The notes below the pieces were generated by a model, which was not told the origin of the DNA, did no database searches, and saw only the letters and a program-made list of their open reading frames with translations. Shown here one piece after another: positions 14,497-28,183 of a DNA stretch of 64,000 bases. Origin of the DNA: Eledone cirrhosa (taxonomy: Eukaryota); NCBI GenBank assembly GCA_964016885.1, contig OZ024745.1:104408001-104472000 (forward strand). The letters are read 5' to 3'. Positions within the stretch are counted from its first letter, which is position 1. Every line of letters starts with the position of its first letter. Both the position numbers and the translations under genes were made by a program.

Positions 14497-14843
14497 ATAC
14501 ATATATACACACAAACATACACCAACATCAACATCATCACTGTGTTATTTGAGGTCACATCATAAAGGGGAAAAAAATAACTACCTCATATATGCCATAC
14601 TTCAATCTATTCTGAAACTATGCTGTATACATGTGAATACGTAGTACATATTTTCTCCCCAAACTACCAAAACACACATCTATTTGTATATGCACTACAA
14701 TTTATGTTCATGTTATGTTTGTTGCATATCGAAAATGTTTATATATTGGGTGATATAATAACAGCTAAACTATTTACTACAACTAAATTGACCAAATTTG
14801 GCACCCCAATTCAGAAATGCTTCTACCGCCCCTGTAGAGTATA

Positions 14844-14933
<90 letters not shown>

Positions 14934-15130
14934 TGTATGTATGTATGTATCTCTCTCCTTCTTTATCTTTCTCTTTCTCCGTAACCCAACGGTTTATTTT
15001 AAAAATAAAAATATCCAATACTAATAATATAATCAAAGCTACAACTCCACTATCCGGGATCTTCCAACAGCAATGGCTGCATTTTTTAAGGGTATGTCAA
15101 TATTTATTTATAAAACTGATCTATATTATA

Positions 15131-15191
15131 TTTTATCTGATGAAAGCACACCATAATTTAACTTGGTGTTCTTGAAATATGTATAATGAAA
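15131..15191 (+). ncRNA. minimal type I hammerhead ribozyme (family E)
   Basis: ttttat-CTGATGA-aagcacacca/tggtgttctt-GAAA-tatgta-TA-atgaaa. Confidence 0.75.
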
Positions 15192-15233
15192 TAAATATGG
15201 TTTTATAAATATAGTTTCCATTTGTTAATATCG

Positions 15234-15377
<144 letters not shown>

Positions 15378-15539
15378 TGTGTGTTTGTGTGTGTTTGTAT
15401 GTTTGTGTGTGTTTGTATGTATATATGTATACAGGATATCTGTAGATGAAAGATCAAGGAAAGCAATATGCTAAATCTATTGCAAGAGATTTTATTTAGT
15501 ATAAAAAATGTTTCATACACTTAACTAGTAAGTGCGACC

Positions 15540-17105
15540 ATTGGTTTCGGTGTCCAGTTATGGCCACCACTGTATCACGGAGGAAGCTCTTCCAATCCGA
15601 CCCTCCATCGGATACGGGGACAAAGATACGAATAAGGAAGTCCCTTCAACCGACTATTTTTGCTCCCAACAACAGAGGTTCATATTGGAAACAGGGGAGA
15701 TAATTCCGGAGTGTTTGAACAATTCCGGAGTGTCTGGAACAAATGTGTTCCTGTCTATTTTGAGTATGCGCCGCAGGCATTTTTAATGAAACCGCTCCAA
15801 CATTTTAACATGCCATGTATACAAAATCCCTGTCTCAGATGAATATAATAGTACAGAGATTACAAATGCGACGTATACAGCAATCTGAGTCTCCAATTTA
15901 ATATGAGGTTGTGACCAGACTTTAATTTCTAGTCCACCAAAGGCTTTTGCTGCCTTTTGTATTCGAGATGTGATTTCAATGTCCAATTTGTCATCAGGTT
16001 GAATCCTACTACCAAGGTATTCAAATGAAGTCACCGTATTTAGTATTATGCCCTTAACAAGAATTCGAGGTGTTCCCCAAGAGCAGGTTGTTGCATTTCA
16101 ACAGTTTTTTTTTAGATTAATTAAAAGATCGAACATATCACAAGCAGCGTCGAAACCACTGATCAGGCTTTGCAAGCCCTCCTCAGTGTAACTTATTAGG
16201 TGGCAGTCATCTGCATATAGAAGTTCATGGATCAAAGAGGTGAAGACTTCAAAATTGAATCTCATTCTAGTCAAATTGAAAATATTGCCTGAAGAACGGT
16301 ATCGGATAAAGACTCCGTCTGTTGATGTCGTAAAAGCATTTGACTGCATCACTCCAGAGTGTTGATACTTCAAGGTCGCCTTGCGTTACACAATTTCCAC
16401 TGCGAACAGTTCTGAAAGAGTACGACCAAAATTAATATGGGCCTTCATACCCTTATGGATAGCCTTAATCATTTTCACAAACTTTTCAGGACAGCCAAGT
16501 CTTTTCAACACCAACCACAATGCAGTCCTGTAAACAGTGTTTAACGCTTTACTAAGGTCGACAAAGCAGTGATATAACCCCATGTTTTGCTCTGTGCATT
16601 TTTCTTGTAGCTGGTGGATAGTGAAAATCATGTCAACTGTCTCAGGAGAGGGCAAAAACAACACTGTGATTCTGACGCAGCTTCTTAGAACGATGAATTT
16701 GTGAAGACGTTCTGAAAAAATAAACGTGAGTACCTTTTCAACAACACATAACAACTATATTCCTCGAGAGTTACAATATAAATCTTTAGTACCTGATCTA
16801 AAAACTGATAGTGAAATAATTGTTTCTACTTTTGGCACAAGGCCAGCAATTATCCCAGTGTATTACTGGTACTTTATTTTATCAACCCCGTAAGGATGAA
16901 AGGCAAAGTTAACCTCGGCGGGATTTGAACTCAGACTGATAGTAAAATAATATCGACCCAGTCATGTAATACTTCCGCCGCTAAACAACAATGCAAAATT
17001 AGTGAATGAAGCATTTCGATCATCTTTTGTTCACCAAATTTCAATATTTCTGAACTGATGCCATCGATACCGGGAGATTTATTGAAACTCATTTTAAGTC
17101 TGGAG
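15540..17105 (-). mobile_element. degraded RTE-clade LINE reverse transcriptase
   Basis: Minus ORFs give TVDMIFTIHQLQEKC.EQN, FVDLSKA, GCPEKFV, LLYADD, FEYLGS, LLYSSET, LERFH. Interrupted by a SINE at 16817-16935 with target-site duplication actgatagtraaataat. Confidence 0.88.
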
Positions 17106-17338
17106 GAGTCTATCCCTCTCTAGGTTTGAACAGAGCAGATTTCATCCAGAGAAGGATAGAAGGTGAGAGAGAGGAAATGAGAAAGAGATATAGAGGAAGA
17201 ATCGACCCCAGTACTGGACTGGTAGTGTTTTTATCGACCAAAAAAGGATGAAAAGCAAAGTTGACCTTGGTGGGATTTGAATTCAGAGAACAGAAAGCCG
17301 GGACGAATACCACAAAGCATTCTCTCCGTCGCCTGGCA

Positions 17339-17497
17339 GCAACAAACACAGGCACAACACACGCAACAAACACAGGCACAACACACGCAACAAACAGACA
17401 CATCACACGCAACAAACACAGGCACAACACACGCAACAAACAGACACATCACACGCAACAAACACAGGCACAACACACGCAACAAACAGACACAACA
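17339..17497. repeat. 21-23-bp minisatellite (CAACAAACACAGGCACAACACACG)
   Basis: About seven alternating units. Confidence 0.85.
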
Positions 17498-17899
17498 AAT
17501 CTAACACTATCCCATCCACTAACATACCACCGCTACCACCAACAAAACACGCACAACCACAGCAAGCAGCACCACATACAGAAAACTTCATGCTAGTAAG
17601 AAGGGCCAAAGGACTGGTGGCCCTTATAGTACGAAGCAAGGAGATTGAGAAAGGAGAGATTTTTGGCACCGGCACATATAAGAATGTCACTAGGTAAGAA
17701 TGTCGCTGGGTGCCTACAAAGGCATTAGAGAAAGCTTTCCACATGACGTAGGGCCCCCCTAAATGAGAACCACCTACAATCTTTTAAAGGGGTTCCCAAA
17801 AGAAATTCCACCAAATATGGAGATCGAACCACCCAATCTCAAACAGTTCCCGGAGGGTAATTAACCCTCCTTTTTTTCTCTTGACTAACCAGCCAACGT

Positions 17900-18240
17900 G
17901 GCTATCATAAGAGTAGGGTGCTTAAATTTTCTTAAGATGGGGTCATGAACGACCTCAGGTCACGAGATATGGATGTGACTGCTGTCAGCGAGACCAGCAT
18001 TTCCGACGCATGCGCAATATCCCACAGTTTAGACGACTATGAGATCTTCGCATCTTTTAGTGGACTTGGAATGGGAGGCGGGTGGCAGTGATGTTTAGGA
18101 AAGGCCTGGATCTCGAAAGACGGACAATTTTCCTGGATCCATCGGTAAGTTGATGTTCCTGATCGTGAACAATAGCGAAGGTGGTGCCTTTAGACTGATG
18201 GCTGTCTACACCCCGACCGGGTTTGGACGACCGGATTTCT
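17900..18240 (+). mobile_element. L1/Tx1-like endonuclease remnant
   Basis: Frameshifted MDVTAVSET and FRLMAVYTP motifs. Confidence 0.5.
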
Positions 18241-18244
18241 TGTT

Positions 18245-18480
18245 TAGGTCAAGTGTTACACCTAGGAAGTTAACAGTGATTAGGTTAGTTTCTAAGCTAT
18301 TTTAAGCCGAAATATTTCAAAGTTTGTATGAACTCTTTCCTTAATCTATCTAGTGTGTGTCGGTCTTTGTTGCTAGATATTGCCAGGCCGTCGTCTCTGT
18401 ATAGCCCAAAACGCACATATATAGGTCGCCTAGGGTGTATAATATATACAGGCCAACCAAATAACATACATCCGTTATAG
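18245..18480 (-). mobile_element. PLE reverse-transcriptase fragment
   Basis: Minus strand encodes DVCYLVGLYI and GLYRDDGLAI (PLE YRDD motif). Confidence 0.65.
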
Positions 18481-18836
18481 AAAACGTAGCTATATTATCC
18501 AATGTGTTCTCTTCTTTTAAGGCAAAAGTGTGTGACTTCAGGGATATTTAGATGCTATTTCTACATAGAGGCTATTGTGAAACGTAAATTTTCTTTTGAA
18601 ATAATATTTTCGTACGTTGGTGCATATGTAATTGTATCTACGTTAGTACATGTATACAATTAATTTTACAGAACCCATTGGAAAGCAGGGAAATTTGATC
18701 CTAGATAAGTGGGACACTAGTAATTCAGGATCTATTAATGGTACAAATTATCCTGTTGAAAAATTCGGACATTTTATTTCCTGGCATACTATCGAAGAAA
18801 CTACATGAGTGAAAGCAAGCTTTTACTGGAATTATT

Positions 18837-19620
18837 GTTTCAAATAATTGTTTCTACTTTAGGCACAAGGCCAGCAATTACCCAGTGTATTACTGGTACT
18901 TTATTGTTTCAAATAATGGAAGAAAATCCCAACATTAGTTTCGGGATCGGTTCAAATAATTGTTTCTACTTTAGGCACAAGGCCAGCAATTACCCAGTGT
19001 ATTACTGGTACTTTATTGTTTCAAATAATGGAAGAAAATCCCAACATTAGTTTCGGGATCGGTTCAAATAATTGTTTCTACTTTAGGCACAAGGCCAGCA
19101 ATTACCCAGTGTATTACTGGTACTTTATTGTTTCAAATAATGGAAGAAAATCCCAACATTAGTTTCGGGATCGGTTCAAATAATTGTTTCTACTTTAGGC
19201 ACAAGGCCAGCAATTACCCAGTGTATTACTGGTACTTTATTGTTTCAAATAATGGAAGAAAATCCCAACATTAGTTTCGGGATCGGTTCAAATAATTGTT
19301 TCTACTTTAGGCACAAGGCCAGCAATTACCCAGTGTATTACTGGTACTTTATTGTTTCAAATAATGGAAGAAAATCCCAACATTAGTTTCGGGATCGGTT
19401 CAAATAATTGTTTCTACTTTAGGCACAAGGCCAGCAATTACCCAGTGTATTACTGGTACTTTATTGTTTCAAATAATGGAAGAAAATCCCAACATTAGTT
19501 TCGGGATCGGTTCAAATAATTGTTTCTACTTTAGGCACAAGGCCAGCAATTACCCAGTGTATTACTGGTACTTTATTGTTTCAAATAATGGAAGAAAATC
19601 CCAACATTAGTTTCGGGATC
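18837..19620. repeat. 7 x 112-bp tandem array containing a SINE 3' tail
   Basis: CAAATAATTG recurs at 18841, 18953, 19065 and onward; units look identical. Confidence 0.95.
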
Positions 19621-20225
19621 AAATACAATTGGTGTTGATTGTACTTTGTATTCTTCTGGAGTATGTTACTATCACCATGAATAGAAAGAACCTACGTCGA
19701 TTTCGACGATGAGTATTCCAGTTTTCGATCAACGGAACATCCTGTTCGCGAGATTAACGTATAAGTAGCTTAGCATTCCACAGACAGGCGTACACTTAAC
19801 GTAATTCTCAGGGAGATTTGGCAAAACACAGCGTGTGACGAGGCTGGACTTTTAAATTACAGGTACAGTCCGTCTAGCGGGCTTCCAAGCAGTTTCCGTC
19901 TACACATTTCCACCCACATGGCTTGGGTCTACCTCAGGCTATGGTAGGTAACACTTACCCCAGAATCGAACCAGAGACCAAATGATATCGACGCGAACAT
20001 CGTAACTATTCGACCATGCTCAATCCACACACACACGTATATATATATATATATACGTGTGTGTGTGTGTGTGTGTGTGTGTTTATCAGAAAATCCCGTA
20101 TAGGGTGAAAGCAGAAATTATTTGCTTAAACTTTAATCTGTGCTAATAATTAATATTTGCTCTACGGGTTTATATTTACTACACACACACACACACACAC
20201 ACACTTACATATATATATATATGTG

Positions 20226-20649
20226 TGTAAGTATGTTTTGAAACAGTGAGCGAGTTTGAAATTAGAAATATAAGCTTTCACCGTATTTTTTACTAAAGAA
20301 ATTTTTAGCCTGATAGTGGGGTTTAGAACCCTCAGATAAATGGAAAAAGATAAGTATTGACGTACATGGGAGTCGAACCCACATCTTTGGTTATCCAGAC
20401 CACTGTGCTACCATTACACCAACACATCACCCATCTCTTTCCATTCAAATTAGAAGCTACATTAGCAAGCAAATGCTAAGTGGTGTAATGGTAGCACAGT
20501 GGTCTGGATAACCAAAGATGTGGGTTCGACTCCCATGTACGTCAATACTCATCTTTTTCCATTTTTCTGAGGGTTCTAAACCCCCCCCCCCCCCCTATCA
20601 GGCTAAACAATTTCTTTAGTAAAAAAAATACGGTGAAAGCTTATATTTC

Positions 20650-20654
<5 letters not shown>
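20226..20654. mobile_element. tRNA-bearing fold-back element (same family as 3248-3653)
   Basis: Full cloverleaf on the minus strand at 20358-20428 (loop CTGGATA), inverted 5'-truncated copy at 20481-20544, inverted arms, TA flanks. Confidence 0.75.
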
Positions 20655-20681
<27 letters not shown>

Positions 20682-20685
<4 letters not shown>

Positions 20686-20774
20686 GAGTCCCCAAAAATG
20701 TATACACACTTTCATTACCTGTACATCCAATATTTATTAGAATGCTGTTGAAGTGTGTATACATTTTTTGAGAC

Positions 20775-20779
<5 letters not shown>
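20682..20779. mobile_element. Tc1/mariner-type MITE
   Basis: About 30-bp imperfect TIRs CAGAGAGTCCCCAAAAATGTATACACACTT / AAGTGTGTATACATTTTTTGAGACACCCT, flanked by TA. Confidence 0.7.
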
Positions 20780-20805
<26 letters not shown>

Positions 20806-22258
20806 TGTGTGTGTGTGTGTGTGTGTGTAAGGTTTAGAAGTAATCGAGACTGCGTAAATGTATATATTCGTTTACACATTCTAAATATATAGACATGGAA
20901 ACATGCCGAATATACATATTTCCATATTTCCCAGTAAACTGTGAGGGAGAGAACAAGAAAAAAAGAGTGAATGCTCCACACTCACACATTGCCATTCTGG
21001 TAAAGCTGGCTGCTAAGGAATCTGTACGATAAAAAAAATATCTGACTGACGAATGGGTTGAACCTATCAGAGAATCAACGGTGATCTATAGTCAGGGCTC
21101 ATGGGAGGATGAGCAACGACCAGTAAGACCACCGTAAGATCACCAGTAAGACCCAGTAAGACCACCGGCAGTAAGATTACTGGAAGTAAGATCTCTAGCG
21201 CAGGGGCTTCTGGAAAGATGTGCGGCCCGCCAGTGAGACCAATGAATGTAAGAACTCTTAGCTTACGTTTTAAAATATATCTCTAGAAAATCACTCATAT
21301 AAAACCCGTTAACAATGCTAAGATAAATGACTTGCTTTGACGTGTCTCAGTGCTCAGTTGTTTTGATAATAGAAGTAACTGAATTGGCATTCAATCGCAT
21401 TGTATTATTGATAATCTATTTCATTGTGTTGTAATGTAATCCTATTCTATTCTATTATTGATATAAATAGATGTCATTGAGAATTAAAAAATTGAATTCT
21501 ATTATTGATGATAATAGCAACTAACTTTGAAGCAAAGCCTGCAATTTAAAGGGAAGGTTGGGTGGGAGGGAGTCGACGAAATCGACCCCACTGTTTTCTG
21601 GTACTAATTCATCGACCTTGGAACTATGAAATCCATATTCTATTATTGATAATAATTGTTTCTACTTTTGGCACAGGGTCAGTAATTACCCAGTGTATTA
21701 CTGGTGCTTTATTTTATCGACCCCGTAAGGATGAAAGGCAAAGTTGACCTCGGCGGGATTTGAACTTAGACCATAAAGGGTCGTAACTCTATGCTGCGAA
21801 GCATATTGTCCGCAAAGCATGGAGTCAGACCCTCTACCGGTACTGCCAATCCACCACCCTTAAAATATTTACAACCACGACAAGACCCGAACTCGCAATC
21901 TTCTGATTCGAAGATAATAATAGGAGTCGTTAAGCTGTTCTCTTCTTAAAATTCTGATGACCATTCATGACAATTTAGAGTTTCATTTAAAAAAATAATT
22001 GTTTCTACTTTAGGCACAAGACCAGCAATTACCCAGTGCATTACTGGTACTTTATTTTATCGACCCCGTAAGGATGAAAGGCAAAGTTAACCTTGGCGGG
22101 ATTTGAATTCAGAATGGCAAGGGACGTAACTCTATGCGTCAAAGCATGGCGTCAGGCCCTCTACCGATACTGCCAATCCACCACCCTCATTTTAAAAAAT
22201 AATGAAAGTTTTTTCAATCATCAATGGTAGTCCTATTCGTTAAACGAGTGAACGGCCA

Positions 22259-22345
<87 letters not shown>

Positions 22346-22519
22346 CATATATGCATACACACATAAATACATTCATGCATACATGCATGCATACTTACAT
22401 ATATATACCAGCTTACACAAACACATACAGAAATACAGACATATTTACGTAATTGTCTTACAAGTTAGGTTTATGTTGCTAATGAGTATGTCCTAATTTC
22501 TAACATAGGCACAAAACTA

Positions 22520-23500
22520 TAAATTTCGTGAAGTATCGATAATCGATTGCACCAAACATGTTTGTTTTGACAGCGGCGGTTGACAACAGGCGATACGCTC
22601 TGTGATCCACTCTTGTCTTTGCACTGCCGGCCTATCTCCTTTAGTTGCATCTTCATCAGCAAGAACCTTCGCAAAACGACAGAACCTGATCTGGAGCCTG
22701 GAGTCAGAACCTGGGAGTTGGAGTCAGCTCTGGTTGATTAGATCGATAATGGCCTTGCGGTCCCCCAGTATACCGATGTCCAATGTAACTGGGGCAACGT
22801 CAAGTGCAAGTCCACCTTCAGGCAGATCGAGTCTTCCTTGGATTAACACTATCTCGCCTGCTCCAGCTCCACCTTGCAACCAAATTTTCTTGATGATGAG
22901 TGCACCCACATTGGTGTGGCACAGCGCCTCGACCTCCAGGTGTATGAATCACACAAAGGCCGCTGTGAAGTAGTTTTTAACGATTTCGGTCTGGACCTGA
23001 TATCTTGCTGCCTTAGTGCAGGCCGGTTCCCTCGACACGCCACTCTGAACAACATCAGAAGGAGACTCGATGCAACTGGTTTCCTGTCACAATTGGAGCC
23101 GGTTGACCTCGACCGTGGCGATAGCAAGCGCCCCGACGGATTAACCCTTTTCCCTATCGAGAGAGGCAAATCCCTAAATTGGGACGCGGTGTGTTGCGAC
23201 TCCAACATTGTCGCTTGGGCCACAAACCCGGGCTCCACTGTCTGCAATGCAGAGGAGAGGAGATAGTTAAATACCTGGGCCTAACCGATCACTTCCTCTT
23301 TGTACCGGTCTCCGTCTAGACCTCTGGTGTCCTTGGTCCCCGCACAGCTGATTTCATCCGTAAAATCAGAAAGATAGCAGCCCACATGAGAAAGCTACCT
23401 CGTGCGGTGGAATGGGTGTTGTAGCGGTTGTCTGTATCATTCTCCGTGGTAATGCCTCTGCCATTTTGGCTGCGGGTCGCAGCTGAAACTCCGACCAGAT
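22520..23500 (+). mobile_element. CRE-like non-LTR retrotransposon remnant (restriction-like endonuclease region)
   Basis: RHATLNNI, KRPDGLTLFP..GKSLNWDAV and degenerate zinc-finger residues; related minus-strand scrap at about 26540-26760. Confidence 0.7.
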
Positions 23501-23946
23501 TTGAGCGTAGTGTCTGTCCACCCGCCTCTCTTTTTCTTTCGTTGCTTAATCCTTTTTTTTTTTTTTTCCTTTTCATTTCCTTTTTTGTTCCCTTTAATAG
23601 TGTGTTTTGTTTTAGTACTTGACTGGTATTCATTTTATCGATAAAGGGAGATTAAATACGAAATTTGACTTTGTCAGCTTTTGAACCCAGAACTCAATTC
23701 TATACCACAAAGTGGTATAGAATCCGATAACTCTATCTACGGTCATATTTTTTTCCAGGACTCTATAACTTCCTAAACTTATTCAGAACAAAATTATTAA
23801 TCAACATGTGATTGATGACAAGTTGTAGTTAATGATGTATTTTCCAGGATATATAACATCGCTTAATTAAAAGATCATTTCTTTCGATTTCAAACAAATT
23901 GGGTTATCTTACTCATCTTCATATATTAACCCATGGATTTCAATGC

Positions 23947-24013
23947 GGGTAATTCCTTTAATTTAAAGGAGACTTACTATATAAGGGAGAACGACAAGAC
24001 AAAAACATCATTC
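23947..24013 (+). promoter_or_regulatory. Pol II core promoter: kappaB-like site, TATA box, Inr
   Basis: GGGTAATTCC 23947-23956, TATATAA 23978-23984, TCATTC 24008-24013 (A+1 at 24010, 32 nt from the start of TATA). No ATG before AAACATGG at 24145. Confidence 0.6.
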
Positions 24014-24144
24014 TGTTTCAGTTAGTATAGTTGGACGTCGACATATTTGAATCCACTTGTGGAAAGATAACTCCTGTAATTCTAATTATTATATTCAAGA
24101 TTCTCTGCATTATTTGATTGAAGTATTTAATATAAATTCAAAAC

Positions 24145-24148
24145 ATGG
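24145..24148 (+). CDS. cytokine-like gene, coding exon 1 (ATG G)
   Basis: aaacATGG|gtatgt: good start context and donor; phase 1 matches the exon 2 acceptor. Confidence 0.65.
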
Positions 24149-24737
24149 GTATGTATTAGAATTTTTCGTATTGTACATAGAACTGTTTAAATGGAACTAA
24201 ATATATAAATTTTCTTATTTTGTTGCAAGGCAAAACATTTCTCAGGAAACCAATTGAATTCACCCTTGAAACTGAGAAGTAATAATTTCATCAGGGGATG
24301 TAGACATATTTGAGCTTAGAACGTAATGGGGCGTAGCAAAAATACTACAGCGTTTCTTTGCGGTGTTCGTTTGCCTTTCATTTATTCGAGGTCTACAAAA
24401 AGTACCAGTCTAGTACTGGAGTCGATTCTTCTTCTATATCAGTGCAAAGTATTTCTTCACTTAAAAAAGCTTCAAGCACAGGCATCGCTTGATATATGAC
24501 ATTTTCTTTTGCGATGCATGGTATTGCTGGCCATAGGCAAGTCCCTAGCAGGACTAAAAAGTCACGTCAGTGATACTCATGCTTGTGTATCAAGCGATGG
24601 TATTACTCGAGATCGAGTTGCAACCATCATGTATGTATGTATGATTGTATGCATGTATGTTATCTCTTTCTCTTAATTTCGAGTATTTTTTTGACCGGCC
24701 ACCTTCCTGGGGAAATTTTATAAAAGAAAAGAAATTG

Positions 24738-25102
24738 TCATCCCTTGAATCGCAAGAATGTTTTGCAAATGTTGAAGGTGCCAGCTATCGCAGCCATTTG
24801 TAGACTATGAATTAAGGAGCTGCGCTTTTTGTCCGCAAATCCAAGTTCAGTCATACTTTGGTCCAAGCGGGTTGGTATATAACCCGTAGCTCCAATAATG
24901 ATGGGTATGAAGCTAAAGGTGTATCTTGGATACTGGATTTGTAAACTCCTCATCAATGGTCCGTAGATGTCCTCCTTCTCCTGTATTTTTCTGACAACGT
25001 TTACATCAAGTGGGCAGCTGATCTCCACAACAGAGCACGTTTTCAATGTGTGGTCCCAAACAACAATATCAGGCCGGTTGTGCTTTAATTTGGTGGCAGT
25101 TT
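24738..25102 (-). mobile_element. R2-group (R4/NeSL-like) restriction-like endonuclease 3' fragment in (CATA)n
   Basis: HNRPDIVVWD...VVEISCPLD...EKEDIY..L...IPIIIGATG; both sides abut ATGT repeats. Confidence 0.8.
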
Positions 25103-27998
25103 TATGTATGTATGTATGATTGTATGTATGTATGTATGTATGTATGTATGTATGTATGTATGTATGTATGTATGTATGTATGTATGTATGTATGTATGTA
25201 TGTATGATTGTATGTATGTCCATTAACATGTTTCTTTTCAAACAGAACCTCATTAGCAAATCATTATAACAAAAGCTTTTCCAGGGACACCTGCATGGAA
25301 GTGAGTTTGGCTCGGCCCCCAAGAAGTCATTAGTGTTTATAAATAATTATCTGAGATTATGTAGCTAGTTACTTTTTGCGTATACATTTCCATTTATAAA
25401 TTGTTCAGCTCATTTTCACATTTTTAATGTAGCTAAAGAATGTATAAAATCAATCTCATTGTTTAATATTTATGCATATAAATTCACTTCACCCTTTAAT
25501 TTTAATATTAGCTTTGCTTTTTCTAAGTATCCTTGTAAGGTTTAATATCATTATTAATGCAGCATTTCCGGTCCTTGTGGCCAATAAATGAAACAATTAT
25601 TAATGCAGCATTTAGCTACTGGTTTGCCTTTTATCCTATAACGCACGAGTCACGCACTGGGATCGATTTAATCGACTTCCCCCTTCCCCTCAAATTGCTG
25701 GGATGTAGTTAGGTTGTTGGATTGACGATCATAATGTTGTGAGTTCGATTCCTGGACAGGGTTGTGTGATGAGTTTTTGAGCAGAGCACTTCATTTCATA
25801 TTGCTCCAGTACATTCAGCTGAAAATGGGTATCAGCAGTAGCAGGACGTTTAACGCTGCGATTGACTGGCTTCCTATCCAGTAGGGAGCCTTCTATTATC
25901 AATCGCTTAACGCCAACGAAACAGGGATAAGCACTAACATGATGAACCTCCGAGCTTAGAAAAGACTAATTTTTTCTTGGCGACATCATGAGCGTTTCCA
26001 AAGAAATTGAAGCTGTGGTTTTTTTACTGTTTTTTTTTTTTTGTTTGTTTTTTTCGTGAATTTTATTTATCAATGAAAACTCTGTATTCTGTCAACCATT
26101 TTCGAAACAGCACTACTTAAGTCTACATTAACTTAATTCAGCTATCAGTGGAGAATCAGTTCTAGGTCTCCCCCCCCCTCTCTCTCTCTCTCTTTCCCTC
26201 TGCACAACAGCTGAGCATCTAAAAAAATAGGAAGAGGATTTGTTAGCAACGCTGTAAAAGTGAGAGAGAGGTTGGATATTAAAAAAGAGAAATAAATATC
26301 AAGAGAAAGAAAGAGGGATATACCAACCTACACGATACGTATTTGTGTATTGGCTTAACAATAAAATATTGTTGTCAATAAACTATATAACGGAAATGGT
26401 CGAATAAAGCCCCCGCTTTATGACCGATAAACTTGACTAAAGTAGCACTGTAAAATACGACCTAGTAATCCGATTTCTGTTTAAGAGGTACATGTGTAAA
26501 TGACAACAAAATGAGGGGGGGGGGGTAGGCTTTACACCACAATCTGAGCGGTGATTCTATTGATCCCTGCAGACAGAATGGCGAAGGCATTACTCCGAAG
26601 AATAGCCAGTGACATCCGTAGCAACAACCACTCCACTTCACGGGGCTCTTTCCTCTGTGGGCCGCTGTTTGGGGGATTTTGCGGAGGAAATGATCAATAC
26701 GGGAACCAAGGACATCAGAGCTCTCGACGGTGATCGATGCGAAAAATTGACGATCGTTTCGTTAGTTTGCAGCTTTAGTTGAACTGCTCATATGTGCTTG
26801 TAGTATGCCGGGGGAAAGAAACTCTATAACATACTAGTGTTGTCGTACACGAAAAGAGTTACACTATTCTTAATTCTAATTCTGTAGATTCAATTTCAGA
26901 TCAACATTCTTTAGACAAATTTTCTTTATAGTTAAAAATAATTTCAAAATTTTACCTAATTTTGCCATCAAGGCTGGAAAATATCAACATTTTATAATTT
27001 ACAAAGAAAATATCAAATTCAATAATCTTAATTTATTAATCATTTTTAGTATTATATATATACACACATACACACATACACATATACATGTGTGTGTATA
27101 TATATATATATATATGTGTGTATATATATGTATATGTATATATATGTCGGGTCACTCTTGAGTGCTACTGGTAACATGTAACCCAGTACAACCTGTCGCA
27201 TGGTCGAGTCGTCAGCGACTAAACCGGCAACCCCACCAAGTTTACTTGGTGAGGAAGGTGATTTTGGACACCCTGCAGGACAAAAAACAAAACCTGAAAA
27301 AATGGTGGAAGAACTCATAAGAATCAACGGCCATCCGAAAGTGTGTAAATATGAATATACACATGTACCGCGTGGTTAAACCACTGGGAGTGAAGGGCCC
27401 CTAGCCTTTGTCAAGGCATTCTTCTAGAAGGCAACTCAGGAAACTGGGATAACTCCGATATAAAACCTGCGCCTCAGTAGTTACCGATGATGTTGATCTT
27501 TTCTTCTTTTCGGGTTATAGCTACTGTCGCTCAGAGAGTGGAATTGGCTCAGTGCACAGTCTTTCCTCACTTTAAAAAATATCTTCACGCACAGGCATTG
27601 TACCATAGAATTAATTAATAATTATTAATAATGGTATATCGTGCAGTGGCCATACTCGATAACGAGGGGGCAGCCATCATCATGTATATATATATATGCT
27701 AACAGAATAACTATGAAGCTTGTTCCCTTCCTTCTACGGTTAGCTCTCCTCTTTGTTGTTATCTTGTCTCACTCGCTTTACGCGTTTTAATTGTCCTAAT
27801 AACTTAATTTAGTTATTATTGCACCGACGTGAGGTATATGATTTTTAATGCAATGAAATATCTATGATCGTCGGCAAATCACTGATGAGGGACTTATTTT
27901 ATTACATGTTATCCATGTGCAATCTGCAGTATTCTTCTCCCCATTTTTTCACATATATATATATATATATTTGTATTTCCTTTTTGTTTTTTATTCAG

Positions 27999-28183
27999 GA
28001 CTCTCATATACATTAATATATATAATCTTGGCAAGTTTTGGTCCTTACCTAACTCATTCAGCTCCTGTTGGAAGTGGCGAAGAAAATTATAGAAACAATC
28101 CTAGTTTCATGTCATTGAATAAACACATCAAAATTACAAGTTATGAATCAAAGAGACTTGTTGAAATCACAATCAACAGATAT
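27999..28183 (+). CDS. cytokine-like gene, exon 2 (signal peptide and predicted helix A)
   Basis: tttttgttttttattcag| ... TAT|gtaagt; 185 nt, phase 1 to 0; (G)LSYTLIYIILASFGPYLTHS-APVGSGEENYRNNPSFMSLNKHIKITSYESKRLVEITINRY. Confidence 0.8.

Noticed and set aside
18837-19620. CRISPR-like repeat/spacer appearance
   Set aside because: The apparent spacers are identical, the repeat is a SINE tail, there are no cas genes, and the context is eukaryotic.
27713-27740. Alternative first exon ATGAAGCTTGTT...CG|gttagc (MKLVPFLL)
   Set aside because: Its phase 2 donor puts exon 2 out of frame with a premature stop.
27855-27895. GAAA..TA-tgat/atca-CTGATGA possible permuted hammerhead
   Set aside because: Stem II cannot pair; insufficient support.
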